This document shows positions 35,018-59,691 of a stretch of DNA of 64,000 bases, in pieces. The stretch comes from the human T2T-CHM13v2.0 reference genome, Homo sapiens. The stretch lies in NCBI RefSeq assembly GCF_009914755.1, contig NC_060925.1; one strand, written 5' to 3'. The position numbers were made by a program, and so were the translations under genes. The notes under the pieces are model-generated. The model did no database searches and was not told the origin of the DNA. It saw only the letters and a program-made list of their open reading frames with translations. Positions within the stretch are counted from its first letter, which is position 1; each line of letters opens with the position of its first letter.

Positions 35018-38000
35018 TTATACTACACAGAATCTACACTCGATACAGAATCTATAATCTACACTGTATACAGAATCTATACTCAGCCGCTATACTACAG
35101 CAGCTGCTTTGTTAATTGACAATGAGACCCGTAATTCTCAAGTGGCCTGGAACATTCTCACCTGCCCATCCATCCAGTGCACACGAGGAGAGATCCTTGT
35201 GGTTCAACTACCTGGGAGCTCACAGGACCAGAAGAAGGAGAGTCTCCCACCTAGAGTGTCTTAGGTCATTTCGTTTAACCTAGAGACAGGAGGTGTCCTC
35301 AGCTGGGACTCACCCCCTTTCCCCCCGGCCCTGAGAAGTACAGGATGGACACAGCCACTGTGGTCTCCAAGACACCCCTTCCTCTAGGCTGTGACCCGCC
35401 AATCCCCTTCTGTCTACACATACAATCCAGCTGGTCAGAAGTTGGCTGGCTAAACTGTCACGATAGCTTTCTTCCCATTGATCAGTTTACCTGTCCCGGT
35501 GGTTATCAACATCCATCATGGGCCAGTTCGACTCTTTTAATTCTCTAGGAGCAACCTCAAGGGGGCGCCTCACTGGGGAAGCTGCACTATCAACCAGTAC
35601 ATCCTGTACATCATGACCAAGCATTAAAGGAGTGGGCTCAAAAAATGTCGGGGCTTCGGGGGACAGCTCAGTCGAGGAGAAGTCAGGTTGGGCCCATGTT
35701 CCACTCCATAGCAGAGTAACTTCTTCCCTTACAGCCCAGTGTCTGCAACACCCTAACAATTATGCTATTAATGGTCTGGCCTTGCCAGGTCTAAGCAGGT
35801 CTCACCTAGGAATTTTTCTCTCACCTCCCAAAGGTGATACTGTACCTGATGCCACAATTTTTCTTGCAAGAAAACGAGTTGTTCTTAGATTGCCTCCTTT
35901 TGTTGCTTTAAGATCACAGTTGCGTTTGCTGAGTTATAACCACTCCTCTGGCTTGCTGAGTCCTGTCTGTGCACCCATACAACAGGAATGCACACACAAT
36001 GAAGCCAGTATTACTGCCGATCAAGAAGTGCTCAGTTTAAGCCCGAATGTGTGGATCTGGGTTGGTTCCGTGAAACATTAATTTCCTAGGTGCACTCAGA
36101 ATTACTGAAATGTAACACTGTGAAGAATGGCCCACTTACGCACAGCTGCATCTAATACAGCATAAGTCATCTTACAGCAAAATAGTCAAGGGAGTTTTCC
36201 ACCTTCATCACCCCGTCTTTTCACATAGCGTCCAGAGTCCTATATAACCTTTATAACCAAAGTATCTTGGGTAACCCCTGAAGTTTATTGTTAATGTGAT
36301 CTGAAAAGATAAATATAGGTAATGACCGTCTAAATGAGCCTGACACATGAAAGGTGGCGTCCCAACAAATAGCTCAGTATCCAGGTATTAATTAACCTAA
36401 GTCTGCTCCTTCCGCTGAGAGGGAGAGTTTTCTTAATCAGCCCTAGATTGATGTTTATGGTTGGAGGTTTCCTTCAACACGTACCAAATAGGGGTTGCAG
36501 ACAACGCCAGATCCCATTAAACATCTGCCATCTTTGGAACATAAAGTAGACAATTTGCTTTCAAAGAGAAAATCTTATTCTGGTAGAAAATTGCAAATTC
36601 CTTTACTGTGTATCCTTTCTCATCAAGCCTGAATTCGGCTTTCCCTCAAGTTCACTGTGATGAAATGCCTGGAGCATCTCTGTGCCTCCCCGTCTTAGTA
36701 TTGAACTGTTAGAGTTACAAGACAACAGATGTTGAAAAGAATTGGTAGCTTGGGAACAACTGTGGAATTTTACCATCACATTTCAGAGTAAAAGAGGTGA
36801 TTAAGGCAGCCCAAGTTAGCACGTAATCCTGTTAGTTGCACTATAATTACAAGCTTCAATGATGGGAGAAAATGCCGCAATTACTATAGTCACATTCCAT
36901 GACAAGACAGATGACATAATTATTATTGTGGCTGTGACACCCACTGCATTTATCCTTTGCATCTGAAGTAGACAGACCCACACCTATTTCTAAGCAACGC
37001 TGGTCTATTTAACAGTACTACTGGGAATCAAAAGCATCTTGGTTGGCTTTGCCTGTTTCTCCTACTCCAAGAAAACAAAGCAGGATTACAGTTAATGGTA
37101 CAGCCAGGTTGCAGCCAGCATGGTGTAACGGTATATTTTACAAGGTCTATAATGGTATATTTTTACACGGTGAAATTTGGTGCACACTCCACTAGAAGAT
37201 ATCATATACTGCTTATCCTCAGTGGGATCCTGGGGACATTACAGGTATATACCTCACCTTTAAATTCTCAGAAAGCACTGCAGGGTGAACTCTTGTGCTT
37301 TTTTTTTTCTCCTAACATTGGGAAGTATTTGAGACCCACACACCAGTTCCTAAGGGCAGTCTCTAGATACTTTCATATTATGGCTTTCAGAGGATCCCAG
37401 TAACTACTTCGTACTATTCCTGGTCAGTGTGGGCAATTCTTACTTGTTGGCGGATGGCCTGTGTGGGGAGAGGCTTCCGCCCTGTGGGTGGGTCCTAGGC
37501 CACAGGCAACATCAAGCTTAGAGTGGGTTAGGTTATACCTGAAGGTGGAAACCAGAGAGAGGAGGGTGGGTGATATGTGTGAATAAAAGAATAATTCAAC
37601 AGAGTCCGTCTCTGAACCCTTAAGTCAAATGTCCATAGCAGCAGACTAGCCACTGTTAACTACTTTCAGCATAGGCTTTTTTTCCACATCAAAAGTTGAT
37701 TGCACATTGGGAGCTAAATCTAAGATGCTTGAAAGAGAGTTGTAATATCACCAAATTAACTTAAGTAAGAGTTGTTCTGACATGGCCTTCAGCACAGGAA
37801 TATCAAAGCCCTCACTTGTTTAGAATATGATTGACCTAGATCCACCCTGGACCTTGACTTAACCAAGCCCGTTCAACAGGTCAGTGTTTGTCCCATCTGA
37901 CTGACTATCTCTCAGTTTTGATATTTCCCAAATTTCCAAAAAGAAATCCATAATTCCATCACTTTGCAAGTTTGCCATGCTGGATAAGATGGACACTCCA

Positions 38001-38076
38001 GGCACTCAGCTTTGACTCCTGTAAACGAGAACGGCAACACCTGCTGGTTTGTGGCTAAATGGATGCCATCATATAT

Positions 38077-38431
38077 TGCCGTGGTTTGAAAGTGCTGTCT
38101 CCCAAAAGCATGTTCTGGAAACAATGCGAGCATGTTAGGAGGTGAGGCCTAATGAGAAGTTATTAGGTGATGAGGGCTCTGTTCTCATGAATGGATTAAT
38201 GCTGTTATCATGGGAATGGGCTCCTTATAAAAGGATGGGTTTGGCCCCTTTTTTCTCTCTCTGCCTCTCTCCTTGCCCTTCCGCCATCTGCTGTGGGGTG
38301 ACACTGCAAGTAGCCCCTCACCAGAGGTAGCCCTTTCCCAGCCCCCAGAACTATGAGTTAATAAATTTCTGTGCATCATAAATTACCCAGTCTGTGGTAT
38401 TCTGTTACAGCAGCACAAGCCAACTGAAACA
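38077..38431 (+). mobile_element. MaLR solo LTR (MST/MLT1A-like)
   Basis: TGCCGTGGTTTG...ATGAATGGATTAATG...AATAAATTTCTG...TTCTGTTACAGCAGCA. Confidence 0.75.
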
Positions 38432-38724
38432 TAAGCACATGGGGTTATTAATCCATTATTCATTTGGCTACTTTCTAGTAGGACAGAGAAGATACTTGAG
38501 AAACAGACACGAAGAAGTTTCTCAGAAATTATTAGGGCATTGGATGCCCACAATGGCCCTGACCAGATCATCCCCATGAATAGAAGAGATCCCTTTCTAA
38601 GTGCAACTTTCATTTTCTTCTTCTACTACTCATGTTCTACTCTTTCATTTAATCCGAAGCATTTTCCCCTTTTATCTGATCCCAGTTCTAGAACTGCTCA
38701 TCCTAATAACCTTTCCTCAATATG

Positions 38725-40745
<2,021 letters not shown>

Positions 40746-40860
40746 ATATCTGATATATTTTTGCCCATCTTTTTACATTCAACCTGAGTCACTTTATTTT
40801 AGGTCTATGTCTAATGCAAAATATATTCTTTTTAAAGGTTAAATCTGATAATCTAAATTA

Positions 40861-41307
<447 letters not shown>

Positions 41308-41879
41308 TTATCTTTATAGCCTTAATATGTTTATAATGTTAATCAATTTCAGAAATGAAGTTATATTGATTGATTCACATCTATGAAATATGAGGAAATT
41401 GGCTATACTGGACAATTATCATGCATGTTTTCCCCCAGCAACTGAACCCCTTCTCTGGTTGGAGGAATGATCTACTTTATGAGTCCTCGTGTGGGGAAAC
41501 AATTATTTCTCTTAATAGATCTGAAAATGTTAAATACTCACCTTCCCAGAATCTTGCAACTTGGCACATGTGACTTTGTTTCTGTCTATCTGACACACAT
41601 GTGCCAGACTTTGGTGAATGATCTGAGGGAAAAGACATTAGGAGCTTTTGTTCTGGTGGCAGTGGTCCTGACTAGAAGGTTGAGTTCCTGGCTCAGAGTG
41701 ATAGTGGTATAAACTGTAGCATGTAGTGCTGGGTGGTGATTGCAGCAGTTCCTTCCTCAGACTGTTCTGCAGTGTGGTTTTGAGTGCTGTTCCCAGAAGA
41801 TGAATCTTAAGCCCACTTCTCTAGACTTTCCAGCAATTTTATAAGCTATTCAAAATCCCTTTAATAAATTCCTTTTATA

Positions 41880-42320
41880 ATCAACCTAGATGCTTACCAA
41901 CAGTGGACTGGATAAGAAAATGTAGTATATATACACCATGAAATACAATGCAGCTATAAAAATGAATGAAATTGTGTCCTTTGCAGCAGTATGAATACAG
42001 CTGGCGGCCATTATCCTAATTGAATTAATGCAGGAACAGAAAACCAAATGCCACACGTTCTCATTTATAACTGGGAGCTAAATATTGAGTACACATGGTC
42101 ACAAAGATGGGAATAGGAGACACCAGGAACGAGAGACACACTACTTGAGGGGTGATGGGGGGAGGAAGGTAAGGGCTGAAAAACTACCTGTTGGGTACTA
42201 TGCTGACTACCTGGGGGATGAAATCACTGGTGCACCAAACCCTACTGACATCCAATTTACCCACTTAACAAACTTGCACATGTACCCCTTGAAACTAAAA
42301 TTAAAGTTGAAACTAACCAA
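41880..42320 (+). mobile_element. L1PB/L1MA 3' end
   Basis: CAACCTAGATGC...GGATAAGAAAATGT...ACACATGGTCACAAAGATGGGAA...TGTACCCCTTGAA. Confidence 0.78.
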
Positions 42321-42457
42321 CTAACTAAATTCCTTTTATGTTTACTCAGCCAGGGTAAGCTTCTGTTATTTGTAATAAAGACTCTTGGACTGACAGGTTG
42401 CCATATTTATACTCTCCTCTCTTCTCCCTCCCCTATTTTAATGTAAGTATTTTCTAG

Positions 42458-43410
<953 letters not shown>

Positions 43411-44078
43411 ACACAATATGGCAGTGACTAGAAGATCCCCAAAGGTCCTGGGAATAAAGAACAACTACAATGGGCTGGTGCAAGCTCTTCGTCAGGCTCC
43501 CAAGGTGAGAGAATTGCTTGAGCTCAGGAGTTGAGAGCAGTCTGGCAAACATAGCGAGACCCCCGTCTCTATTAAATTTTTTTTCAATTAGCTGGACATG
43601 GTGGTATGTGCCTACTTAGGTTTGCTTAGGTTTGACAGCTTCTCAGGGTGGAACTTTTGAAATACGAGGCAGTAGACTGCCCAGTCGTTCCTATGGAGTT
43701 CATCATCAGCCTCACAGGTGACCTAGTGTTCTTTTTGGGGCAGCTGCTGATGTTTGTGCATTCCATGAGCTGACACAGAGGGACAGAGGTCCCTTTTACC
43801 ATTTGGTATCTTCAGTCAATGGAGTAAGAAAGTTGTCTGATACCCAAATCTGAAGGCTATTAAGAGTGAGAATTGAGAATCTGACTCTATCACACTGATA
43901 AAGAATTGAGCAGAATTCTAGGACTGAATATTGACCCAGAAACTATAACTTGGCAGAGAGCATTTGAATCCCAGTGATAGACTTTGGAGGCAGATCACCT
44001 TTGGAGAGTGGTGACTCACACTGATGTCTCCATGGTGAGTGAAATCGTGAGTGTTCTGTCTTTCAACAGTGCTCTAAA

Positions 44079-44524
44079 CAGGGGTCTCCAACCCCCTGCC
44101 AGGGACCAGTACCAGTCCATGGCCTGTTAGGAAGCAGGCTGCACAGCAGGAGGTGAGCGGCCAGCGAGTGAGCATTACCGCCTGAGCTCCGCCTCCTGTC
44201 AGATCAGCGGAGGCCTTAGATTCCCATAGGAGCGTGAACCCTATTGTCAACTGCGCATGCAAGGAATCTAGCTTGCATGCTCCTTATGAGAACCTAATGC
44301 CTGATGATCTGTCACTGTCTCCCAACACCTGTCCTGTCTAGTTGCAGGAAAACAAGCTTAGGGCTTCCACTGATTCTACATTATGGTGAGTATGTAATAA
44401 TAATAGCAATAAAGTGCATAATAAATGTAATGCTTGAATCATCCCCAAACCGTCCCCCACGACCTGTGGAAAAACTGTCTCCCATGAAACCAGTTCCTAG
44501 TGCCAAAAAGGGTGGGGACCGCTG
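44079..44524 (+). mobile_element. MER1A hAT-Charlie MITE
   Basis: CAGGGGTCTCCAACCCC...GGGGACCGCTG; flanking (G)CTCTAAA repeats. Confidence 0.85.
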
Positions 44525-45184
44525 CTCTAAAAGATAGGAGAGACTGAGGAAAATGGCGGTGCTATCTAATGAGAACGGGGATGCTACCAGTGCTGAAGAT
44601 CTGGGTGTGAGTGGTGCCTTGACAAGTGCTATGAAGGATGCATCAAGCCCAGTCTCATACAGACTCAGAGGGAATGCTAATATTCATCTGATGGACATGA
44701 AGCCCTCTAGCACAGCAGGTCCAACAGCACGAAGACTTGTTGGTTCTGAATGCTCTATAGCGATGGAAGCTGGATTTGGAGATAACTTTGTCTTGAAAGC
44801 AGTTTTTTTAAAGTATTATTATTATTATTGAAATAAAGTCTTGCTCTGTTGCCCTGGCTGGAGTGCAGTGGTGAGATCATAACTCAAAGCAGCCTCTGTC
44901 TTCTGGGCTCAAGTGATCCTCCCACCTCAGCCTCCTAAGTAGGCACATACCACCATGTCCAGCTAATTAAAAAAAAAAAATTTAGTAGAGATGTGGTCTC
45001 GCTATGTTTCCCAGACTGGTCTCAAACTCCTGAGCTCAAGCAATTCTCCCACCTTGGCCTCCCAAAGTGCCAGGATTACAGACTTGAGCCACTGCACCCG
45101 GCATAAAAAAATGTTTAATTATAGGACTATATGTTTATACAAATATATGTGTACATATATACACATATATGTGTATTTCTATAA

Positions 45185-45690
45185 AACATACATGACATCA
45201 AATGCATCGTCTTAACTATTTTTAAGTATATAGTTCAGTAGTATTAAGTATTTTCACATTCTTGTGCAACTATCAGTACCATCCGTCTCCAGAACTTGCA
45301 AAACTGAAACTCTGTTTCCATTAAACAACCCTCCATTCTCTCCTTCCCCCAGGCCCTGGAGAACACCATTCTCCTGTCTGTTTCTATGAATTTGACTCCT
45401 CTAGGTACCTCATATAGGTGGAACACAATATTTTGTCTTTTTGTGCCTGGCTTATTTCTCTTAGCATAGTGTCCTCAAGGTTCATTCATGTTGTCCCACA
45501 TGTCTGAGTTTCCTTCCTGTTTAAGGCTGAATAATTTTCTGTTTTAAGTATACACTACATTTTGTTTATCCATTTATCTGTTGATAGACATTTAGGTAGC
45601 TTCTATGCCTTGGCTATTGTGAATAAACTGCTATTAATATGGATGTACAGATCTCTCTTCAAGACCCTACTTCCAATTCTTTTGAGTCTA
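45185..45690 (-). mobile_element. L1MB 3' end, preceded by an AluJ at 44820-45102
   Basis: TTAACTATTTTTAAGTATATAGTTCAGTAG...TCTATGAATTTGACT...TTTATCCATTTATCTGTTGATAGAC. Confidence 0.75.
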
Positions 45691-45751
45691 TTCATAGGTG
45701 ATACATGGATTGTCTCACCCGATCCCATTTCTATAATATTGATTTGGGCTC

Positions 45752-46109
45752 TGTGGAATCCTGATAAATAAGCAACAATGAGGAAGGGGTCCCAGGTTGG
45801 GGAGAACAATTGTTCTGAGAGACGGCTAACCACAAACAGGCCCTTGCACAACATCCTGTTCCCTCACTCTGCACGTAGCCCCAGCAGCAGGACTGTAACT
45901 GCACGAACCCCCTCCAGCATGACCCTATAAAGCTTCCTTCCAGCCCCTGCCTTTTTGGAGACAGTCCCTTTTCTGCTGTGCTGCCCGTTGCTTCCTTGCA
46001 ACATACTTTCCTTCTAATAAATCTGCTTTTTTTTTTTTAAAACCTATGACTGCCTTGGCAAATTCCTTTAGCACTCATGATCCCCGCTCTAGTCATCACA
46101 CCTGCAACA
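45752..46109 (+). mobile_element. ERV solo LTR (LTR47-like), antisense to GNG4
   Basis: TG...CA ends, 5-bp TSD GGCTC/GGCCC, TATAAA at ~45926 and AATAAA at ~46016. Confidence 0.65.
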
Positions 46110-46582
46110 GGCCCTGCATCAAAACAGGTGACTGAGCTGTTCCAAGTACATCAAGCCCATCCTTCAGTGCCTTCAATGCCTCCTATGACTCAGATTGTGT
46201 GTGGATCCAGCCATGTGCAAGACCCTCAGCCCCTGCTCGGGAAGACCTTTTGACTGAGCAGGCATTTTCTCAGCTTTCTTATGGTCTTAATGTATATTAT
46301 CATGTGTAAATTAACATAATTATGCACATCTGTATCTCCTTTAGTGAAATTCAATGGAATAAAATAAAATAAGTTTGCTAAAGAAAAGCAGCACATATTT
46401 GCATTACATTTAAACTTCTGCATAATTGAGAATATATCTATGTTGCCATGGACATAAATGGCCACTTGGTTGGGTAGAGAATTCATTGTAGATGCTGTTT
46501 CTCCTTGGGCTGACATCTTCAGAACTGTGGGGAAGTGTTGTCCAGACTGATATTTTCCTCCTTTGTGGGTGAGGCACTGTAG

Positions 46583-47740
<1,158 letters not shown>

Positions 47741-48228
47741 TCTTCTGCCTATATTCTTAATGGGCTCTTTATTATTAGTATTGCTTTTGTTTTGCTTTTT
47801 GCTATTGACTTATTTGTTGATGGAGAGATCACTCTTTCCTTTTGAGATTAAGACCCTCAGCTGTATTTGTGTCTGTGTCGATCATTTCTCTCACACTCTT
47901 TTCTGGAATACGGCAAGCAGTTTGGACCTGCAGATTCAGGTCTTCCTTTATTTAATGAAGCTGTTTTATGTTATATCCTGAAGAGTATTTTCTATTCCAT
48001 TTATTCTCTCTGCCAGGAATATTCGCATACAAATGTGAGAATGCTCTTGTCAGTCTGGATTTCTATCAGCTTCTAATTGCTTCGGTCTGACACTCCATCT
48101 GTTTCTTTTGTTTCCTGTGCACCTTCCTGAGGCCTGTCTCCAGGTCATCACTGCGGCTTTCCACAGCATGTGTGCCACTCTCCACTCTTTCCAGTGGTGC
48201 TCCCACCTCCCTCCAATTCTTTCCTTAG

Positions 48229-48669
<441 letters not shown>

Positions 48670-48726
48670 TAGGTGATCCTCCCACATCAGCCTCTAGCTA
48701 GGTACATGCTACCATATCCAGCTAAT

Positions 48727-48773
<47 letters not shown>

Positions 48774-48799
48774 ATGTATATATGTGTGTGTGTGTATAC

Positions 48800-48854
<55 letters not shown>

Positions 48855-48857
48855 CAT
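48727..48857. repeat. Compound (TA)n(TG)13...(CA)12(TA)n microsatellite in the linker of an AluJ (48585-48995)
   Basis: Seen directly in the sequence. Confidence 0.92.
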
Positions 48858-49535
48858 ACCTTTTTTTTTTTTTTTTGAAGAGATAGGGTTTTGCCATGTT
48901 GCCTAAGCTGGTTTCAAGCTCCTGTGCTCAGGCAAACCTCCTGCCTTGGCCTCCCAAAGTGCTGGAATTACAGGTGTGAGTCACTGTGCTGGCCTTAAAA
49001 TATTCTACAATACTACAATAGAAAATTGGGTAAACGGTAGGAATAGCCAATTAGCAAAAGAAGAATTTAACATACAAAATTAGTTTAACCCCAGTAACAG
49101 TCAATGAAATGTATGTTAAAATAACGAGGCGTCAGCAATCAAGAGATGGTATGACATAAAGGTTGAGAGCGAAGGCTCTGGAGACACACTCCCTGGTTTC
49201 CTATCCCTGGGCTCTCATCACTTTTCAGCTGCTGAATTTTAGGCAAGTTAATGAATCTTCATAGACCTCAGTTTCCTCCTTCATATAACAGAGTACCCAC
49301 TTCATTGGACTGCTGTGAGAATTGAATGAATTTAATGTGACTTGTTCAGAACAACGCTTATTAAGCACTCAGTAAATGTTGGCCGCTATTATTATCATCT
49401 GTTACATTTGCATGGCATAATGAATGGTGTTTGGGGGGAGAATGTGGGAAAACACACACATTACTGATAAAAATATAAATTGGTATCCCTTTCTATAGGG
49501 AAATTTGATATTGACTCAAACACTTTCTTGTGTAT

Positions 49536-50788
<1,253 letters not shown>

Positions 50789-50911
50789 ATATCTCTCTTT
50801 TGGCCAAGAGATTTTCAGTCCTTAGGAATTTATCTTAAAGAAATAATCAGACATGAAAATTTTATCTACCAGTATGCTTGCTGCAGTGCTTCCTTAAAAG
50901 TAGGACTCACA

Positions 50912-51381
50912 ACACATGCACATGTATGTTTATTGTGGCACTATTCACAATAGCAAAGACTTGGAACCAACCCAAATGTCCATCAATGATAGACTGGATT
51001 AAGAAAATGTGGCACATATACACCATGGAATACTATGCAGCCATAAAAAAGGATGAGTTCATGTCCTTTGTAGGGACATGGATGAAGCTGGAAACCATCA
51101 TTCTGAGCAAACTATCGCAAGGACAGAAAACCAAACGCCGCATGTTCTCACTCATAGGTGGGAATTGAACAATATCGCTTGGGCACAGGATAGGGAACAT
51201 CACACACCGGGGCCTGTCAAGGGTTGGGGGGAGGGGGGAGGGATAGCATTAGGAGAAATGCCTAATGTAAATGACGAGTTAATGGGTGCAGCACACCAAA
51301 TATGGCACATGTATACATATGTAACAAACCTGCATGTTGTGTACATGTACCCTAGAACTTAAAGTATGATAAAAAAAAAAA
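50912..51381 (+). mobile_element. 5'-truncated L1PA (ORF2 C-terminus, 3'UTR, polyA)
   Basis: MFIVALFTIAKTWNQPKCPSMIDWIKKMWHIYTMEYYAAIKK...SLIGGN*; TSD TAGGACTCAC. Confidence 0.92.
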
Positions 51382-51390
51382 TAGGACTCA

Positions 51391-51723
<333 letters not shown>

Positions 51724-51974
51724 CTAAGGATAGGAGACTGGTTAATTATTGTACATCGGGGGAAAATAGATATTAAAAATGACATTTTAGGAGAATATTT
51801 CCTGACCTTGTTATATGATCACAATATACTGTTCAGTGATATATCAGGTTATAAAAAAGCAATAAGTGTACATTATGGCCCCAGTTTTATAATAAATGTA
51901 AAACAAATATAGATGGAAAAACATCAAAAGGTAGTGGTTATAGACCATTCCAATTATCCTCTTTATACTTGTCA

Positions 51975-52382
<408 letters not shown>

Positions 52383-52628
52383 TCAACCCACCAGATGTTC
52401 TGCTTCTTTGTTGGAAGCGCTTTAAGTAAGCTCCATGCTTAGGTATGTGTTCGAGCCACTCTCATTTATTTATGGTTTTAAATAAATTATCAACGGAATA
52501 AAGAGAGTATATACGAGAAATATCTCAAAGACTTGTAAATTCAACTTTTGTGTCCTTGCATTTCCTATTTTTTTGATTATTTGTTCTCCTTTCTTTTAAG
52601 CACCAAATTATACCCTTTTAAAAAATAG

Positions 52629-53282
<654 letters not shown>

Positions 53283-53976
53283 AGCCAGTTCTCCTGCGTT
53301 TCTTGGGCTTCAACTTTTAGTGCATCCATCACCTGAAATTCCTCTCTTCCTGCACTCATGTTTTCAGTAGTCTATAGAACGCAGGCCCAACAATATATTG
53401 ATCTGTCAACACTCAGCAAATAAAGCCTGTGCTCACAAAATTAATCTCAGCCTAAGGGCAGCCCTTGTAGGAATTGTGAGCACACCCACCCCACGGATGT
53501 TGAAATTATCTCCCAGGACAAATGAGACTGGGCAGAATGTTCCTTGGCCAGTTTTCCTTGGCCATTCCATCAGTTGCTTCTAGTCCCTGGCTGAGAGTTG
53601 GGCTTGCTCAAGGGTGTCTGTCCACCCCAGAGCCTCATGAGCCACAGACATAGGATTGACCCAATGTCAGCAATTTCCCTTTCCTGTGGGGCAGGAGAAT
53701 CAGGGCACCCTGAGGGATGGCACGTGGAAGGCAGCGTGGAACCCGCCTGAGAGCCTGTGTCCTGACTCTGCCTGGGAGCGCTGCACTTCACCCTTGGGAG
53801 AACGCCTTCTCAGTGGCTGAACTCTGCATTGTGGCTGTGCAGGCTGGCTTCAGACACTGTTTTCTCCAGTGAGGCCTCTTACACTCTGCTCAGCTCAGAC
53901 CTGCCATAACCGCTTGTCGGATTTTCTCTATTTAATGATCAATGTCATATATGTACTTTTTTTTTTTTTTTTTTGA

Positions 53977-54186
<210 letters not shown>

Positions 54187-55361
54187 TGACCTTGAGATCT
54201 GCCTGCCTCTGCCTCCTAAAGTGCTGGGATTATAGGCGTGAGCCACCGTGCCCAACCATATATGTACTTTTCTAATAGAGTTTTAGATTGTTTGAACTTC
54301 TGATGGGTGAGAAAAAGAATAAGGCTATGATGGTATTCTTTCCCTTAGAACCCATATAGTTTCCAAAATTCATCTTTCATGTGCTCTTTATTTCTTTTTT
54401 AGAAACCTGGGTATTATTTTCCAAGCTTTGTGCTTTTTGTGAGGCTATACAGGTTCTATGGTGAATCCTCCTCATGCCTGCGACAACCTGGAGGACATTA
54501 CTTGTTTTTAGCTGCTGATAAGAGTTTGCAAAGAACACACATCTTTGTTGGGAAATGCTTTGATGTGCTTCTAGGCAAGATGAAGAGTCACATGGAGTGG
54601 GGGTGGTAATTTGGGAGAAGGGCCAAGTAGCAGGGGATTCTCGATAAATATTAAATGAATGGAGGTAGGAAGGAGGTCTCTGAACCACACTGTGTGTGGG
54701 TTTAAGATCTTGCTGTGGGCTTTGTGGTGTAATGCCTCAATCTATATCCCCTACTGAAGTCTATATTTGCACTTGTGCTTTTGTGCAAATGGGGACAAGC
54801 AGAACTTCAAGACAATAATGAATATTTCAGCTACGTTTTTCCTCCACGAATCGTGCAAAGCTCTCTGAATTGGCACTATTACTCTTTCTTACTTCTGCAA
54901 CCCCAGAACTGCTTAATGCAGTTATATTTTCCTTTCTCTTCCCAGTGACAGATGTCCCCTTATTTTCCTGGGCGGCAAATGCCTTCTTTTCCTTCCTTCC
55001 TCCTTAGAAACTCTCCTGAGCACAATAAGCTACAGAGCCTGGTGGTGGGCCCTATGGTTGGCTACATACCATGCCATCCCGGGGGCTCCCTTTTGGTTTC
55101 CTGCTGGTACCTGCCCTCGCCTGGGATGTCCTCTTTGGGTTCCCATCTGCCGTGCTCTCACCTGGAAGCCAGCTCTGCGGGCCTGGGAGTTGCCACGATT
55201 CCTACCATGGACCCTCCAGCTGGTTCCCATGCAGCCTGCCCTATCGTCGTGTGCACATTCACCTGCTAGGCATTCTCACTATGCAGTCAGTATGGGCCTG
55301 GCCTTTTCCTCTTCCTTGGAAAATCCATCTCAGTGTTTTCTTTTTTTTTCTTTTTAGGTAG

Positions 55362-55571
<210 letters not shown>

Positions 55572-56039
55572 TGACCAACCGCCCTGGCCTCCCAAAGTGC
55601 TGGGATTACAGGCTTGAGCCACTGCGCCCGGCCCATCTCAGTGTTGTCATCTGGCCCTGGTGTTTCTGACATGGTGTGTGCGAGTTCAGTGGATTCTAAA
55701 AACTGCTCCTCTCCTCCTTCCCCAGGGCTGCCCTCTGTCATTTCCTATCCAGCCTCCCTCTTTCCTTCCTCCTCTCTGGCAGTAACCTCGTACCCATCCC
55801 AGAAAGGCCATTGCCTTTCCCTGGTGACTTCCTCTCTCTTCCCTCCTCAAGGTCCTTGACGAGGTCATCGGGAGTGTCCTTGACAGCTCCCCTTTCTTTC
55901 CACATTCGTATAGTCTGGCTGATACCAAGATGCACCTTTTCTTTTTTTTTCTTTCAAGTCTTGCATCACATAGATTTTTCTGCAAAGCCACACTGTGCCC
56001 TGAAACCAGGGATGCCTAGGGCTGAAAACCATGTGTGAG

Positions 56040-58365
<2,326 letters not shown>

Positions 58366-58576
58366 ATGTTCAAGGGTGTCCAAGCAAGAAAAAAACAAAA
58401 ACCACCCATGTGTGCTCACGCATCTTTGGCACAGATGCGGTTCCTAGGTTCAGCTCTCTCCTCAGGCATTGTCTCTTCAATGACAACATTCTGTTTCCAC
58501 CAACTCTGTTTCTGAACCAAATCTGACACAGCTGTCACTGGCCTACTCCCTGGAATTACCACAGGATCTGAATTAG

Positions 58577-58879
<303 letters not shown>

Positions 58880-59001
58880 TAGTCTCGAACTCCTGACCTC
58901 AGGTGATTCACCTGCCTCGGCCTTCCAAAGTGCTGGGATTACAGGCGTCAGCCACCACATCTGGCCTGCCTATCCCTTTGATTGAATATCACCTGAGTAA
59001 C

Positions 59002-59691
<690 letters not shown>

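Noticed and set aside
50878-51168. 96-aa ORF with a recognisable protein sequence
   Set aside because: It is the C-terminus of L1 ORF2 in a 5'-truncated L1PA with no promoter or catalytic domains.
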